In this document: positions 1-10,907 of the stretch, piece after piece
How positions within the stretch are numbered: position 1 is the stretch's first letter
Layout of the letters: every line of letters begins with the position of its first letter
IMG/VR virus record: IMGVR_UViG_3300037321_000115
From: a virus
Taxonomy: Duplodnaviria; Heunggongvirae; Uroviricota; Caudoviricetes
Length of the DNA stretch: 64,000 bases
Reading direction: 5' to 3' (one strand)
Position numbers and translations under genes: made by a program
The notes under the pieces: model-generated
Database searches by the model: none
Seen by the model: the letters and a program-made list of their open reading frames with translations, nothing else
Told to the model about the DNA's origin: nothing

Positions 1-10
1 CTCTGGTACT

Positions 11-796
11 TTGATCGCAGGACAGAAACTCAAAGAAATGGCACATTCAAAACCAGTGACTCAAAGTGAGGGCCTGCTTCAGTATGACCCTGTTGTTACT
101 GGTCATACATATGCAATGGTAGTTGATGTTTCTCGTGGCAAAGGTTTGGATTATTCTGCTTTCTCTGTTCTGGACATAACTCAAATGCCGTACAAGCAAG
201 TGTGTACATTTAGAGATAATTTTACTGGCCCTGTTGATTATGCCGCTACTATATTTAGAGTTGCGACGCTTTACAATGAAGCACATGTTATGGTCGAGGT
301 CAACGACATAGGTGGTCAGGTATCAGATATTCTTTTCCTTGACTATGGATATGAAAATCTTGTTATGACAGAAAATGGAGGCCGGTCGGGAAAAAGAGTC
401 TCTGGCGGTTTTGGTAAGAATGTAGATCGAGGTATCAGAACAACAAAATCAGTAAAATCTATCGGCTGTTCAATTCTAAAAATGCTAATCGAGCAGAACC
501 AATTGCTCGTTCCAGATTTCAACACCATTCAAGAGCTTTCCAAATTCTCTAAGAAGGGTCTATCATATGAAGCAGAATCTGGCTCACACGACGATCTTGT
601 TATGACCCTGGTTCTGTTTTCGTGGTTAACTGACCAAGGTTACTTCAAAGACCTGACTGACATCAACACAATGATGAAATTGCGTGAAAAGAGCGAAGAA
701 CAAATAGAGGAAGAATTACTCCCTTTCGGCTTTGTAAGTATAGGTGACGAGCTAGAAGAAGATGATATGCCTGTACGGTACAACAGCTGGCTCTAG
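11..796 (+). CDS. 17: Large terminase subunit, C-terminal (nuclease) portion. The 5' end lies outside the window.
   Basis: ORF runs from the window edge. Sits immediately upstream of a sheath/tube/portal block in T4 order. Acidic C-terminus typical of gp17. Confidence 0.7.
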   Translation: MIAGQKLKEMAHSKPVTQSEGLLQYDPVVTGHTYAMVVDVSRGKGLDYSAFSVLDITQMPYKQVCTFRDNFTGPVDYAATIFRVATLYNEAHVMVEVNDIGGQVSDILFLDYGYENLVMTENGGRSGKRVSGGFGKNVDRGIRTTKSVKSIGCSILKMLIEQNQLLVPDFNTIQELSKFSKKGLSYEAESGSHDDLVMTLVLFSWLTDQGYFKDLTDINTMMKLREKSEEQIEEELLPFGFVSIGDELEEDDMPVRYNSWL

Positions 797-817
797 ATTG
801 TGTGAGAACTCAATTAT

Positions 818-825
818 AATAAATA
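818..825 (+). promoter_or_regulatory. T4-type late promoter box (AATAAATA) upstream of the sheath gene
   Basis: Matches the T4 late consensus TATAAATA in 7 of 8 positions, about 55 nt upstream of the ATG at 881. Confidence 0.45.
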
Positions 826-880
826 GGATTAAAGTGAAACTAGTTCAATAAAGCTATTATGTCAAAGGAGAACAAAACAA

Positions 881-2746
881 ATGGTTTTTTCTGTAAGTCC
901 ATCAGTAACGGTAAGAGAAGTTGATCTTACTACCACAATTCCCGCAATCACCACGCTACCAGCTGCAATCGCAGGTGTGTTCCGCTGGGGTCCTGTAAAC
1001 GAAAGAGTTCTAATCTCTTCAGAAATAGAACTTGCTAATGTTTTCGGCCAACCTACAGATCACAATGCGGAAACATTCTTTACCGCTGCTGATTACCTCT
1101 CGTATTCAAATGCTCTATACGTGACCCGTGTAGTAGACGATACTGCTAGTACAGCAACTGTTTCAAATATAGCAGATGATGTTGTTTTTAAGGCGAAATA
1201 CCCAGGTACCATCGCAAACGGCATTGAAATTTCATATATCACCACATCCGAAATTGGTGAAAGTGGCTTCGCAGAAGATGTGTTTAGCATTGCAACTACA
1301 TATGACATCACATTCAGAGAGCAAACATTAGATATAACAACAGACCAAGCTCTTGTTGATATTAATGTAAAGATAGGCGATGTTCTACGCATTGACACGT
1401 CAAGTGGTTACCAGGACATGGAAATCCTTGCTCTTGAAACTCTTAGCACCACACCGACTTCTGGTTCTGAATTTGAATATGTGCACTCGTTCATCTTTAG
1501 AGAGCGATTCACAATGGTGAACATTCCTACTGATGTTACGCGCCGTTGGGCGTATGCCGACGCGTTCGGTGAAGCTCCAGAAGCTAGTAAGATGCACATC
1601 ATTGTAACTGACAGAACAGGCTTGGTATCAGGCACTGCTGGTCAAATACTTGAAAAGTTTGAAAACCTAGCAATTAAATCTGGTACTAAAACAACTGACG
1701 GCACGAACATCTTTTATAGATCGTACATCGAAGAAAGATCTGCATACATTGAAGCAGGCGAAGATAATATTGGTGACGTTACTACTGGTGTTGTTACCGC
1801 GCAGCGTGAATATCTGACCTTTGCACTTGGTGTCGACAGTCTATCAGAAAGCCTAGTATCGCTTGGTACAATTGCTTTCGGTTATGACCTATACAGAGAA
1901 GCAAATGACATTGATATTTCCTTTCTTCTCCAAGGCAAAGCAGTAAGTGGTTCTAACCTTGCAAACTACATTGTTTCAAATGTTGCTGAATATCGTAAAG
2001 ATTGCATTGCATTTATATCGCCAGAAATTACTGATGTTGTTGGTGTTGCTTCCGAACAGGACAAAATGAACAATGTTATAGGCTTTAGAACGTCCATGCA
2101 GAATTCGTCATATTGGTTTATGGACAGTGGTTATAAGTACCGTTATGATAAGTACAATGACCAGTATCGCTGGACTCCACTAAACGGTGATATGGCAGGC
2201 CTTTGTGCTCGTGTCGAATCGTGGGAATCACCAGCTGGTTACCGTAAGGGACGGGTACGCAATGTTATCAAGCTTGCATTCAATCCAACTAAAGCACAGC
2301 GCGATCAACTTTACGGCCGTGATGTTAACCCAGTGATTGCACAATCAGGTCAGGGGACAATTCTATTCGGCGACAAGACAGGTCTAGGCACCGCAACTGG
2401 AAGTGCATTCACGCGGATTAACGTACGTCGTCTATTCATTACAGTAGAAAAGGCAATTGCAACAATTTCTGCACAATTCCTTTTCGAGTTCAATGATGAG
2501 TTCACACAGAACCAATTCCGCCAGATTGTGGATCCGTTCCTCCGTGATATTCAAGGCCGTCGCGGCATTATCGACTATCGTGTTGTTTCTGATGCTACGG
2601 TAAACACGGCTGACGTTATTGATGCCAATAAATTCCGCTCGAATATCTTTATCAAACCTGCAAGATCAATCAACTTCATCGAACTGACATTTGTTGCAAC
2701 TAGAACTGGTGTCGAGTTTGACGAAATTGTCGGTCAACAGTTCTGA
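881..2746 (+). CDS. 18: Contractile tail sheath protein
   Basis: 621 aa. Position between terminase and tail tube matches T4. Conserved N-terminal GVFRWGP-like sheath motif. Confidence 0.85.
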   Translation: MVFSVSPSVTVREVDLTTTIPAITTLPAAIAGVFRWGPVNERVLISSEIELANVFGQPTDHNAETFFTAADYLSYSNALYVTRVVDDTASTATVSNIADDVVFKAKYPGTIANGIEISYITTSEIGESGFAEDVFSIATTYDITFREQTLDITTDQALVDINVKIGDVLRIDTSSGYQDMEILALETLSTTPTSGSEFEYVHSFIFRERFTMVNIPTDVTRRWAYADAFGEAPEASKMHIIVTDRTGLVSGTAGQILEKFENLAIKSGTKTTDGTNIFYRSYIEERSAYIEAGEDNIGDVTTGVVTAQREYLTFALGVDSLSESLVSLGTIAFGYDLYREANDIDISFLLQGKAVSGSNLANYIVSNVAEYRKDCIAFISPEITDVVGVASEQDKMNNVIGFRTSMQNSSYWFMDSGYKYRYDKYNDQYRWTPLNGDMAGLCARVESWESPAGYRKGRVRNVIKLAFNPTKAQRDQLYGRDVNPVIAQSGQGTILFGDKTGLGTATGSAFTRINVRRLFITVEKAIATISAQFLFEFNDEFTQNQFRQIVDPFLRDIQGRRGIIDYRVVSDATVNTADVIDANKFRSNIFIKPARSINFIELTFVATRTGVEFDEIVGQQF

Positions 2747-2752
2747 TATAAA
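2745..2752 (+). promoter_or_regulatory. Late promoter box TATAAATA
   Basis: Exact TATAAATA about 27 nt upstream of the gene 19 ATG, followed by AAGGAGA RBS. Confidence 0.55.
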
Positions 2753-2778
2753 TAGATATAACAAGGAGAACAATTAAC

Positions 2779-3315
2779 ATGTCATTCTCAGTCAATGAAT
2801 TTAAATCACAGTTAGTGGGGGGTGGAGCACGTCCCACCCTCTTCCAAGTACAAATTGCAAATCCAGTCTTGGGCGTAGCAGATTTTAAAGTGCCATTCAT
2901 GGCTAAAACTGCTGCTATTCCTTCATCTAACCTTGGGTCCTACACAGTTCCATACTTTGGTCGCCAGATTAAATATGCAGGTGATAGAACCTTCGAAGAT
3001 TGGACAGTAACAATCATCAACGACGAAGACTTTGCAGTGCGCAATGCACTGGAAGCTTGGTCAAACGCAATCAACAGTCATGTGGCAAATTCAAGAGCAT
3101 TGCCACAGGATTATAAATCAGATGCTATTATTACACAGTATGGCAAAGATGGCGCTACACTGCGTATATATAACTTCCAAGGGATCTACCCTGTCGCAGT
3201 TAGCGACATTGCACTGTCCTGGGAAACAACTGACACTATTGAAGAGTTTACCACTACGTTCCAATACGACCTGTGGACTGTCGTTGGCGGAACTACTGGA
3301 AACCCTGTAACCTAA
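2779..3315 (+). CDS. 19: Tail tube protein
   Basis: 178 aa, directly after the sheath gene as in T4. Confidence 0.8.
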   Translation: MSFSVNEFKSQLVGGGARPTLFQVQIANPVLGVADFKVPFMAKTAAIPSSNLGSYTVPYFGRQIKYAGDRTFEDWTVTIINDEDFAVRNALEAWSNAINSHVANSRALPQDYKSDAIITQYGKDGATLRIYNFQGIYPVAVSDIALSWETTDTIEEFTTTFQYDLWTVVGGTTGNPVT

Positions 3316-3331
3316 TAAGGGACTTTATACT

Positions 3332-5038
3332 ATGGCAAAATTATTTGGCTTTGAAATTAAGCGCAATAATAAAGACGAATACCAGCCGTCATCGTTTGCA
3401 GCTCCGCAAAACGATGACGGCGCGGTTAACGTAGAAGCAACTGCTACCGGCGGGTCGTATGGATATTTCCTTGACATTGAAGGAACAGCCAAAAACGAAT
3501 CGGAACTTGTGACTAGGTATAGATCCATGGCATTACAGCCTGAAGTTCAACAAGCCGTAGACGAGGTTGTAAACGAATCAATCTCTGTATCAGCAAATCA
3601 AAAAGTAGTTACAATTGTACTAGATGGTGTTGAACTGCCTGATAAGGTAAAGAGCGCAATTTTAGAAGAGTTTGAAAATGTTCTTCACCTACTCGACTTT
3701 TCGAACCAAGGTTACGATATTTTTCAAAGATTTTTTGTGGATGGTAGAATTAATTATCATATTATAATTGATGAGAGCAATCTCAGAAAGGGAATTCAGG
3801 AGCTTAGATATCTCGATCCTCGTAAAGTACGACTAATTCGTGAAAACGATTCCAGTACAGCAGATAGACAGACCGGTCTCCCACTGAAAAGAATTAAGTC
3901 AGAATATTTTATGTATTCAGATGGCGGCTTTGGCGTTTCGTCCTCGGGCGGTTCTGCAAGCAGTCAAGTGACAAACGGATATAAAATTGCAAAAGACTCA
4001 ATTGCACGTGTTACATCAGGTCTGATGAATGAAAATCAGTCACTTGTTTTATCACACCTACACCGTGCAATTAAGCCACTCAATCAGCTAAGAGTACTAG
4101 AAGATGCTACTGTAATCTACACGTTGACTCGCGCACCAGAGCGTAGAATATTCTACGTTGATGTGGGCAACTTGCCAAAAGCAAAGGCAGAGCAATACCT
4201 AGCTGATATGATGGCAAGACACAAGAATAAACTCCAGTACAATTCAAGCACTGGCGAAATGAGCGACAGTCGTAAGTTTATGACTATGACAGAAGACTTT
4301 TGGTTTCCAAGAAGAGAAGGAAATCGTAGCACTGAAGTAGACTCGCTTCCTGGTGGTGCGTCACTCGGCGACAACGACAACTTAGCATACTTTCAGAAAA
4401 AACTCTACAAATCGCTTGGTGTTCCTGTATCCAGATTGGAATCTGAAAATAGTTATTCGTTTGGTCGAGTGTCGGAAATGACACGCGACGAAATGCGCTT
4501 CGGAAAGTTCGTTCGACGTCTTCGTACCCGCTTCTCCATCTTATTCGATATTATACTTGAAAAACAGCTCATATTGAAAGGTGTATTAACGCCCGACGAA
4601 TGGAAGGACATTAAAGACGAAGTTCGTTACGACTTCATGAAAGATAGCTACTTTGAAGAGCTCAAGGAGATGGAGATTCTAAAAGAAAAGATCGGTACGA
4701 TAAGAGAAATGGAAGAGCAAGTTGGCAAGTACTTCTCTCGTCAATGGGTTCAGAAAAATGTTCTCTTCATGTCAGAAACCGAAACGATGGAGATGCAAGC
4801 TCAAATTGCTGCTGAGCGCGCAGCAGGTCTCTATCGCGATCCTGATGATATGGACGATCGTGGTAGCGACGATGAAGTGGATAATGATGAAGTGGACGAT
4901 GAAGTGGATGATGATGCAGACTCCGAAACGGACGACAGTGATGGAGAACAAGATACTCCTCCATCAGAAGAATCGCTTCAGATAAATAATAAAAACACAT
5001 TTCAACATTATAAAGAAAAGCGGAGAAAAGCACGGTGA
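3332..5038 (+). CDS. 20: Portal vertex protein
   Basis: 568 aa after the tube gene. Acidic Asp/Glu-rich C-terminal tail. T4 gp20 synteny. Confidence 0.85.
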   Translation: MAKLFGFEIKRNNKDEYQPSSFAAPQNDDGAVNVEATATGGSYGYFLDIEGTAKNESELVTRYRSMALQPEVQQAVDEVVNESISVSANQKVVTIVLDGVELPDKVKSAILEEFENVLHLLDFSNQGYDIFQRFFVDGRINYHIIIDESNLRKGIQELRYLDPRKVRLIRENDSSTADRQTGLPLKRIKSEYFMYSDGGFGVSSSGGSASSQVTNGYKIAKDSIARVTSGLMNENQSLVLSHLHRAIKPLNQLRVLEDATVIYTLTRAPERRIFYVDVGNLPKAKAEQYLADMMARHKNKLQYNSSTGEMSDSRKFMTMTEDFWFPRREGNRSTEVDSLPGGASLGDNDNLAYFQKKLYKSLGVPVSRLESENSYSFGRVSEMTRDEMRFGKFVRRLRTRFSILFDIILEKQLILKGVLTPDEWKDIKDEVRYDFMKDSYFEELKEMEILKEKIGTIREMEEQVGKYFSRQWVQKNVLFMSETETMEMQAQIAAERAAGLYRDPDDMDDRGSDDEVDNDEVDDEVDDDADSETDDSDGEQDTPPSEESLQINNKNTFQHYKEKRRKAR

Positions 5039-5724
5039 AATCGTTCAAGAAACTTATCGCAGAAGTGGCCCAACCAACATCAGTAGACGAAATTGATTTC
5101 AAGGCCAAGCACACATTCAACATCTTAGATCATCCCGAGTCTGAAGAGAGTCAACACTCTTCAGTAATGAAAAAGGCTAAGCGTCTCGCTGATTATGCGG
5201 CAGGGCAAGACAAGGCTGTATATGAAAAGCTGGACAAGGTCGATCAAGATGCGCTCAAAAAAGACTTTGACAATCGCAAGGACAAAGATATTGACAATGA
5301 CGGTGACGTAGATAGCTCTGATGATTATTTGCACAACCGTCGGAAGGCAATCTCCAAGGCAATGAAAGAAGCACTCGATGCCGTCGGAAAAGAAGATGAT
5401 GACATAGACAACGACGGTGATGTGGACAGCTCCGATGATTATTTGAAAAATCGTAGAAAAGTTGTCACGCGTGCAGTGAACAAACAAAAAACAGACAGAC
5501 ACGAAGATGTCTCTGAAGGGACCAACGAAGCGTTTAAAACAGGCAATGTGCAGCTTGGCGACGGATCTTCTGTAACGCTTAAAGAACCTGAGACCAAGAT
5601 GCTCAACCAGATGTTCGACGAGTTGAGTTCATCAAACAAGAAATCAATGATGAAGACAGCAATGAAAGACAAAAGAGGATTCCGAGACATTTTGAAGTTT
5701 GCAAAAGAGGTCTTAGAATCATGA
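5035..5724 (+). CDS. Prohead core / internal-protein-like acidic protein with two EF-hand-like Ca-binding loops. GTG start.
   Basis: Sits where T4 has genes 67/68. Two copies of [15 protein letters not shown](H/K)NRRK, encoded by a 60-bp imperfect direct repeat near 5287 and 5401. Each fits the DxDxDG EF-hand loop pattern. Confidence 0.45.
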   Translation: MKSFKKLIAEVAQPTSVDEIDFKAKHTFNILDHPESEESQHSSVMKKAKRLADYAAGQDKAVYEKLDKVDQDALKKDFDNRKDKDIDNDGDVDSSDDYLHNRRKAISKAMKEALDAVGKEDDDIDNDGDVDSSDDYLKNRRKVVTRAVNKQKTDRHEDVSEGTNEAFKTGNVQLGDGSSVTLKEPETKMLNQMFDELSSSNKKSMMKTAMKDKRGFRDILKFAKEVLES

Positions 5725-5960
5725 TTGTAAAACCTCTGGCGATTGAAATGTCCGTCACGACTGCGGACACTGTTTATAATGGGCGATTGATTCGCATATA
5801 TGCAAACTCTGTGTCAGTCATAACTATTGCAGACGCTAACAGCGATGTGGCTTCTTTTACTGCACCGGCAGGTTCTGTGACTTTCGTTGAAAAGATACCG
5901 GAAAACACAATATCCGGTTCTACTAGTATCTTGTGCACTCCCGTTTCGTACAAATCGTAA
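5721..5960 (+). CDS. Small protein in the prohead-core gene position (gp68-like?)
   Basis: 79-aa ORF with an ATGA overlap onto the preceding gene. Position only. Confidence 0.3.
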   Translation: MIVKPLAIEMSVTTADTVYNGRLIRIYANSVSVITIADANSDVASFTAPAGSVTFVEKIPENTISGSTSILCTPVSYKS

Positions 5961-5963
5961 AAT

Positions 5964-5972
5964 TGATAAATA
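5964..5972 (+). promoter_or_regulatory. Late-promoter-like box TGATAAATA upstream of gene 21
   Basis: ATAAATA core about 30 nt upstream of the ATG at 6004. Confidence 0.4.
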
Positions 5973-6003
5973 GAAGAAACAAAAGCAAACTGGAGCAACC
6001 GAC

Positions 6004-6765
6004 ATGGCATTACTGATGACAGAGGTATTCAACGAAGACATTGCTGTTCTTGTTGAGGCTAATGAGAGTGGCAACAAGTCACATTACATCGAAGGCATCT
6101 TCATGCAAGGTGACATTAAGAATAGAAACGGCCGCATGTATCCATCTAATATTCTTGAAAAAGAAATGAACCGCTACAATGAGCAATTTGTTAAAACTAA
6201 GCGTGCATTAGGCGAGCTTGGCCATCCAGACGGACCTCAGATCAACGGTGACCGTGCATCACATCTTATCATAGAAATGGGTCGTGATGGTTCCAACTTT
6301 ATTGGAAAAGCAAAAATTCTTGGCACACCAATGGGCAATATTGTAAAGACGTTCATCGATGAAGGTGTGAAGATTGGCGTATCGACGCGTGGCCTAGGTT
6401 CTGTAAAGCAATCGAAAGAAGGAATCATGGAAGTTCAAGGCGATTTCCATTTAGCAACTGTTGACATTGTGACAGATCCCAGCGGGCCCAACTGCTTTGT
6501 AAAGGGAATTATGGAGAACACTCAGTACTTTTTTGACATGGCGACGTCTACATGGAACCAAGGAGCTTTTGACGAGCCAATTGTTGAAGAAGCTGTGGTT
6601 CAGTCTATTGATGCGCTGCTATTTAATCAAGCAATGGACCGCCTTCAAATGCTCGAAGACGCAATAATGACAATCAAAGAATCGTTTAACAAGCCCTCTA
6701 AAAAAATTGACGAGCATAAAGCTTTGAAGATGTTTGAAAGCTACATGTCCACACTAAGAAAGTAA
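6004..6765 (+). CDS. 21: Prohead core scaffold / protease
   Basis: 253 aa. T4 gene order 20-(67/68)-21-22-23. LGELGHPDG-type conserved segment. Confidence 0.7.
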   Translation: MALLMTEVFNEDIAVLVEANESGNKSHYIEGIFMQGDIKNRNGRMYPSNILEKEMNRYNEQFVKTKRALGELGHPDGPQINGDRASHLIIEMGRDGSNFIGKAKILGTPMGNIVKTFIDEGVKIGVSTRGLGSVKQSKEGIMEVQGDFHLATVDIVTDPSGPNCFVKGIMENTQYFFDMATSTWNQGAFDEPIVEEAVVQSIDALLFNQAMDRLQMLEDAIMTIKESFNKPSKKIDEHKALKMFESYMSTLRK

Positions 6766-6830
6766 CAGTTGGGAATTTTGTTTTGAATAGAAATTCTCAT
6801 CTTGATAAATAACCTTGAGAAATAAAATAT

Positions 6831-6838
6831 TATAAATA
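6831..6838 (+). promoter_or_regulatory. Late promoter box TATAAATA upstream of gene 22
   Basis: Exact consensus about 35 nt before the ATG at 6873. A second GATAAATA lies at 6804-6811. Confidence 0.5.
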
Positions 6839-6872
6839 ATCGTGATCTATAAACAAAAAGGAAAAATCTACT

Positions 6873-7964
6873 ATGGCAAATAACCTAGAAGAAAAAGTAA
6901 TGTCTGCCGACGGAGTATCTTCGGTTGAAGCTCCTGTCAATGCGGCTGGTGGCAAAGCTAAGCGCAGTTCAGCAGATGTAATGCAACAAGTAGACCCAGA
7001 TGCGGAAACAGTTACCGATGGTGTAACAAAAAAGACAAACAAGCCTCTTGTTGCTGTCGAAGCAATGAAGTCTGAGATGGATCACATGGACGACATGGAT
7101 GACATGGATGACATGGATGACGAGGACGACACGGATGAAGCCATGCACAGCAAGACGATGAAGTCTGAAAAGATGAAGTCTGAAAAGATGAAGTCTGAAA
7201 AGATGAAAGCGGGCATGGGCGAGTCTTTTGACCTTTCTGACCTGTTCGAAGGTCTTGACCTTTCTGAAGATTTTAAAGGTAAAGCAACGCTTGTGTTCGA
7301 AGCTGCTGTTCACGAAGCTGCAACAGCAAAGTCTGCCAGCGTTGTTGAGGCTGTTGAGGCTGATCTTAAAGAGCAGTTTGACGCTGCACTGTCCGAATCA
7401 CTAGACGACATTGTTGAAAATCTTGACGGTTATCTTGATTATGTTGTTAAAGAGTGGATGGAAGAAAACACTGTTGCTGTTGAATCAGGCATCAAAGTAG
7501 AGATGGCTGAATCACTGATGATCGGTCTCAAAGAGCTGTTTTACGATCACAATGTAGAGATCGATGAAGAAACAATCGACATTGTTGCAGGTCTTGAAGA
7601 AGAGCTTTCCACGATGAAAGCAACAGCAAGCCGTGCAATCAACGATCGTCTTGACCTCGAAGAAGAGATCAAAACACTTCGTGGAGCACAGATTTTTGAA
7701 ACAATGGTCGAAGGACTGTCTGTAGCACAAGTAGAGCGCCTTCGCGTACTTTCTGAAAAACTTGACAATTCAGATCACGTAGCTTATGCAGAAAACCTGA
7801 AAACTCTCAAAGAATCTTTCTTTAAAGTAAAGAAAGATACTGTAATCAGCGAAAGCCTCGATGAAGAAAACAGTGCACCGACTCTTGAAGAATCAGCACC
7901 AAAGAAGATTTCGCAGTATGATTCGATCAATGCCTACGCATCAGCCATGAAAAACTTTAAATAA
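6873..7964 (+). CDS. 22: Prohead scaffold protein
   Basis: 363 aa, highly acidic, coiled-coil-like, immediately upstream of the capsid gene. Contains coding tandem repeats. Confidence 0.7.
   Translation: MANNLEEKVMSADGVSSVEAPVNAAGGKAKRSSADVMQQVDPDAETVTDGVTKKTNKPLVAVEAMKSEMDHMDDMDDMDDMDDEDDTDEAMHSKTMKSEKMKSEKMKSEKMKAGMGESFDLSDLFEGLDLSEDFKGKATLVFEAAVHEAATAKSASVVEAVEADLKEQFDAALSESLDDIVENLDGYLDYVVKEWMEENTVAVESGIKVEMAESLMIGLKELFYDHNVEIDEETIDIVAGLEEELSTMKATASRAINDRLDLEEEIKTLRGAQIFETMVEGLSVAQVERLRVLSEKLDNSDHVAYAENLKTLKESFFKVKKDTVISESLDEENSAPTLEESAPKKISQYDSINAYASAMKNFK
7086..7208. repeat. Coding tandem repeats inside gene 22: 9-bp unit x5 (DMD repeats) and 15-bp unit gatgaagtctgaaaa x3.5 (KMKSE repeats)
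   Basis: Directly visible as atggatgac x4 at 7086-7130 and gatgaagtctgaaaa repeats at 7157-7208. Confidence 0.8.
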
Positions 7965-7971
7965 TAAATAA
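7963..7971 (+). promoter_or_regulatory. Late promoter box TAATAAATA upstream of gene 23
   Basis: AATAAATA about 40 nt upstream of the ATG at 8012. AAGGAGA RBS follows. Confidence 0.45.
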
Positions 7972-8011
7972 AGCTATAATACGAATAACAACTCAATAAG
8001 GAGACTAAGAG

Positions 8012-9313
8012 ATGAGTCAACATAATCTTCTAACAGAAAAGTGGGCACCGATTCTGGACCACGATCAGTTCGAATCAATCAAAGACAAGTACCGTCGTGG
8101 CGTGACTGCAACAATTCTTGAGAACACTGAGAAGGCACTTGCAGAAGATCGTACGGGCGTTACAATGACTTCATTGCTCAATGAATCGCCAGCCAACGAT
8201 GCTGGGACTGGTGGCTTCTCTGCCGGAGCAGCTGCTGCAGGTCCAGTCGCTGGTTATGACCCAGTACTTATCAGCCTGGTTCGTCGTGCAATGCCAAACT
8301 TGATTGCATACGATATTTGTGGCGTACAGCCAATGACAGGTCCAACTGGCCTGATCTTTGCAATGCGCTCCAAGTATGCATCACAAGCAGGCGACGAAGC
8401 ATTCTACAACGAAGCCAACACCGCCTTTGGTGGTACTGGTACAGCCAACACAGCAGGCCTTCCAGGTAACGCAGACTTCGGTACGGGCATGAACACAGCA
8501 GCTGCAGAAGCACTTGGTGCTGCAGGTGGTGCAACACCCTTCGCAGAAATGGCTTTCTCAATTGAAAAAGTTGCTGTTGAAGCAAAAACACGCGCACTGA
8601 AAGCGGAATACACCACTGAACTTGCACAGGATCTTCGTGCTGTTCACGGTCTTGACGCAGAAACAGAACTCGCAAACATTCTTTCGAGCGAGATTCTTGT
8701 TGAAATCAACCGTGAAGTTGTACGTACAATCTTTACTAACGCAGTCGTCGGAGCTCAAAGAACAGCAACGCCAGGTGTGTTCGACCTTGATGTCGATGCA
8801 AACGGTCGCTGGTCTGTTGAGAAGTTCAAGGGTCTGATGTTCCAAATCGAGACGGAAGCAAACGCAATTGCAAAAGCTACTCGTCGCGGCAAAGGCAATC
8901 TGGTAATTTGTTCTTCTGATGTTGCTTCCGCACTTCAGATGGCAGGCGTACTTGATTATACACCAGCACTTAACAGCAACAACCTACAAGTTGATGACAC
9001 AGGCAATACTTTCGCAGGTGTTCTTAATGGTCGTTACCGCGTATACATCGATCCATATGCAGGCAACAACTACCTTGTAGTCGGCTACAAAGGCTCCTCT
9101 TCATTTGATGCGGGAATCTTCTACTGCCCATATGTTCCGCTTCAGATGGTGCGTGCAATCGGTGAGAATAGCTTCCAACCAAAAATCGGCTTCAAGACAC
9201 GCTACGGCATGGTCGCGAATCCTTTTGCAGAAGGTAGCGCTCAAGGACTTGGTCGTCTGCAGTCTGCAACGAACGAGTACTACCGCAAAGTGGTTGTTAA
9301 CAACCTGTTCTAA
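8012..9313 (+). CDS. 23: Major capsid protein
   Basis: 433 aa. Segment VRRAMPNLIAYDICGVQPMTGPTGLIF closely resembles the conserved T4 gp23 region. Sits after scaffold and protease. Confidence 0.9.
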   Translation: MSQHNLLTEKWAPILDHDQFESIKDKYRRGVTATILENTEKALAEDRTGVTMTSLLNESPANDAGTGGFSAGAAAAGPVAGYDPVLISLVRRAMPNLIAYDICGVQPMTGPTGLIFAMRSKYASQAGDEAFYNEANTAFGGTGTANTAGLPGNADFGTGMNTAAAEALGAAGGATPFAEMAFSIEKVAVEAKTRALKAEYTTELAQDLRAVHGLDAETELANILSSEILVEINREVVRTIFTNAVVGAQRTATPGVFDLDVDANGRWSVEKFKGLMFQIETEANAIAKATRRGKGNLVICSSDVASALQMAGVLDYTPALNSNNLQVDDTGNTFAGVLNGRYRVYIDPYAGNNYLVVGYKGSSSFDAGIFYCPYVPLQMVRAIGENSFQPKIGFKTRYGMVANPFAEGSAQGLGRLQSATNEYYRKVVVNNLF

Positions 9314-9352
9314 TAAACACCAAAAGAATCTGGAACAAACCAGATCAATTAA

Positions 9353-9378
9353 GGCGGGCTTCGGTCCGCCTTTTTTAT
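9353..9378 (+). terminator. Rho-independent terminator after the capsid gene
   Basis: GGCGGGC-TTCG-GTCCGCC hairpin followed by TTTTTTATT. Confidence 0.85.
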
Positions 9379-10835
9379 TGTTGGCTCCACTCATAAACAT
9401 TGTGACCGCAATCGAAATATAAACGATATCCGTTGTTAATCATGTTTTCTCTTTCTGTCAGGCTGTCACTATAGACATCTAGTAGTTTGTGGAGTTTGTG
9501 TTTTTGAAAGTTGATTCTATTGTAAGTTTTATTGCCATCTGTCCAGGAATATCCTGGCTTGGTAATGTGAGAAAATTTAAAGCCAAGTTTTGGATATGCG
9601 TGTCCCTCTCCATATTGCCTATCAGCATAAGTCATAATGCTGATAGGCGACTGCTCTCTAATGAAGTGTTGAAATACTTTAGATGCTCCTCCTACAATAA
9701 CCGTATTGTGAGCAGAACACAACCTTATTAACTCCCACTCGTGCATCTTAGAATACCGTGATTTACTAAACGTCATTACCAATACCAACACATCATTGTG
9801 ATATAGACCATACTTCTTGTTTGCGTTTGCTGTGCCATTGATGTGGTTTCTGTTAATAAATTCGTTGGATGTAGACGGATCTACAGACCTGACCGTACAT
9901 TGTCTTGCATGTATTCGTGTCTGAGACATGCCGAGTCTATTCAACAGCATAGACTTTACAACATCTGGCTTCGTGAACCACTTTTCGTCAGATATGTGTA
10001 TGAGCCGAATCCCGTTACTCAAACACTCCTCCGTCTTGGTTAAGTGCTTGGCCGAATTGGTGAAATCTGTGCTACTATGCCAATATAGCCCATTAACTTC
10101 AATTGCGAGGTGTTTTTCAGGGACATAGATGTCGATCTCTCTGTTGCCTGTGAGAATGTTACGAGTGGACGTTGTTGTTCGTGCACCACTGTCAAGTATG
10201 AATTGGTTTATACTACGTTCAACCGCACTCGTGTTTGCATATGGTGTTATTTCTATCCCATGTTTTCTCAAGTGGAAAAGAACAGTGCTGTAATGCACGT
10301 TTAGAGTGTTTGAAATTTCAACGGAGGTTTGTTTAGCGTATTGTTCTTCAAGCCACAGCTTATCTGCGAGCCTGTCTACAGCCTCGGGATTGGTACGTTC
10401 CAATTTAGATTTGCTCAACAGTTTTTTGACGTCGGGTCTTTGACTATTAAATTCGTATCCGTACTTTACTTTGTTGGTGTGTGCCATCTTCTTCACACGT
10501 GCAGTTTGATCTACAACACTTACGCGTTGCTTCATTGCTTTTGTGTCTGAAAAGTAGCACCCTTTACAACAATAATCTCTTTGGGAAGGAGGGTATATTC
10601 TCATGTGTGTGTTACCACATACAACGCATATCAACATACGATCGATTCCTGTCAGGCCATGTGCAACTCTCTGTGAGAGTTTGGTATCCTCAGGCATGAA
10701 GCTTGTCGACTCTACAAAACGTGCGTGTAGATCAGAATCGATATTTTGTAGGACCTTGTCCTTGTGTTGTTTAGCGTTCCCTATCAACTTGACAATTTTT
10801 GTTGCAAGTGCGACCAGCTCGTTATTTGTACACAT
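9375..10835 (-). CDS. Free-standing homing-endonuclease-like protein: Cys-rich zinc ribbon, HTH, Vsr/PD-(D/E)XK (DUF559-like) nuclease motif. C-terminal half unassigned.
   Basis: 486 aa. CVVCGN..CCKGC cluster. HTH-like ISNTLNVHYSTVLFHLRKHGI. Nuclease-like segment EIDIYVPEKHLAIEVNGLYWHS. Inserted between gene 23 and the early region on the opposite strand. Confidence 0.5.
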   Translation of the reverse strand: MCTNNELVALATKIVKLIGNAKQHKDKVLQNIDSDLHARFVESTSFMPEDTKLSQRVAHGLTGIDRMLICVVCGNTHMRIYPPSQRDYCCKGCYFSDTKAMKQRVSVVDQTARVKKMAHTNKVKYGYEFNSQRPDVKKLLSKSKLERTNPEAVDRLADKLWLEEQYAKQTSVEISNTLNVHYSTVLFHLRKHGIEITPYANTSAVERSINQFILDSGARTTTSTRNILTGNREIDIYVPEKHLAIEVNGLYWHSSTDFTNSAKHLTKTEECLSNGIRLIHISDEKWFTKPDVVKSMLLNRLGMSQTRIHARQCTVRSVDPSTSNEFINRNHINGTANANKKYGLYHNDVLVLVMTFSKSRYSKMHEWELIRLCSAHNTVIVGGASKVFQHFIREQSPISIMTYADRQYGEGHAYPKLGFKFSHITKPGYSWTDGNKTYNRINFQKHKLHKLLDVYSDSLTERENMINNGYRLYFDCGHNVYEWSQQ

Positions 10836-10907
10836 TTTTATCCTCGACTGATCTTGTGTTATTTTTGTACTTCTTGCACTATATGCCCATTGACTATAAG
10901 GTCAACA

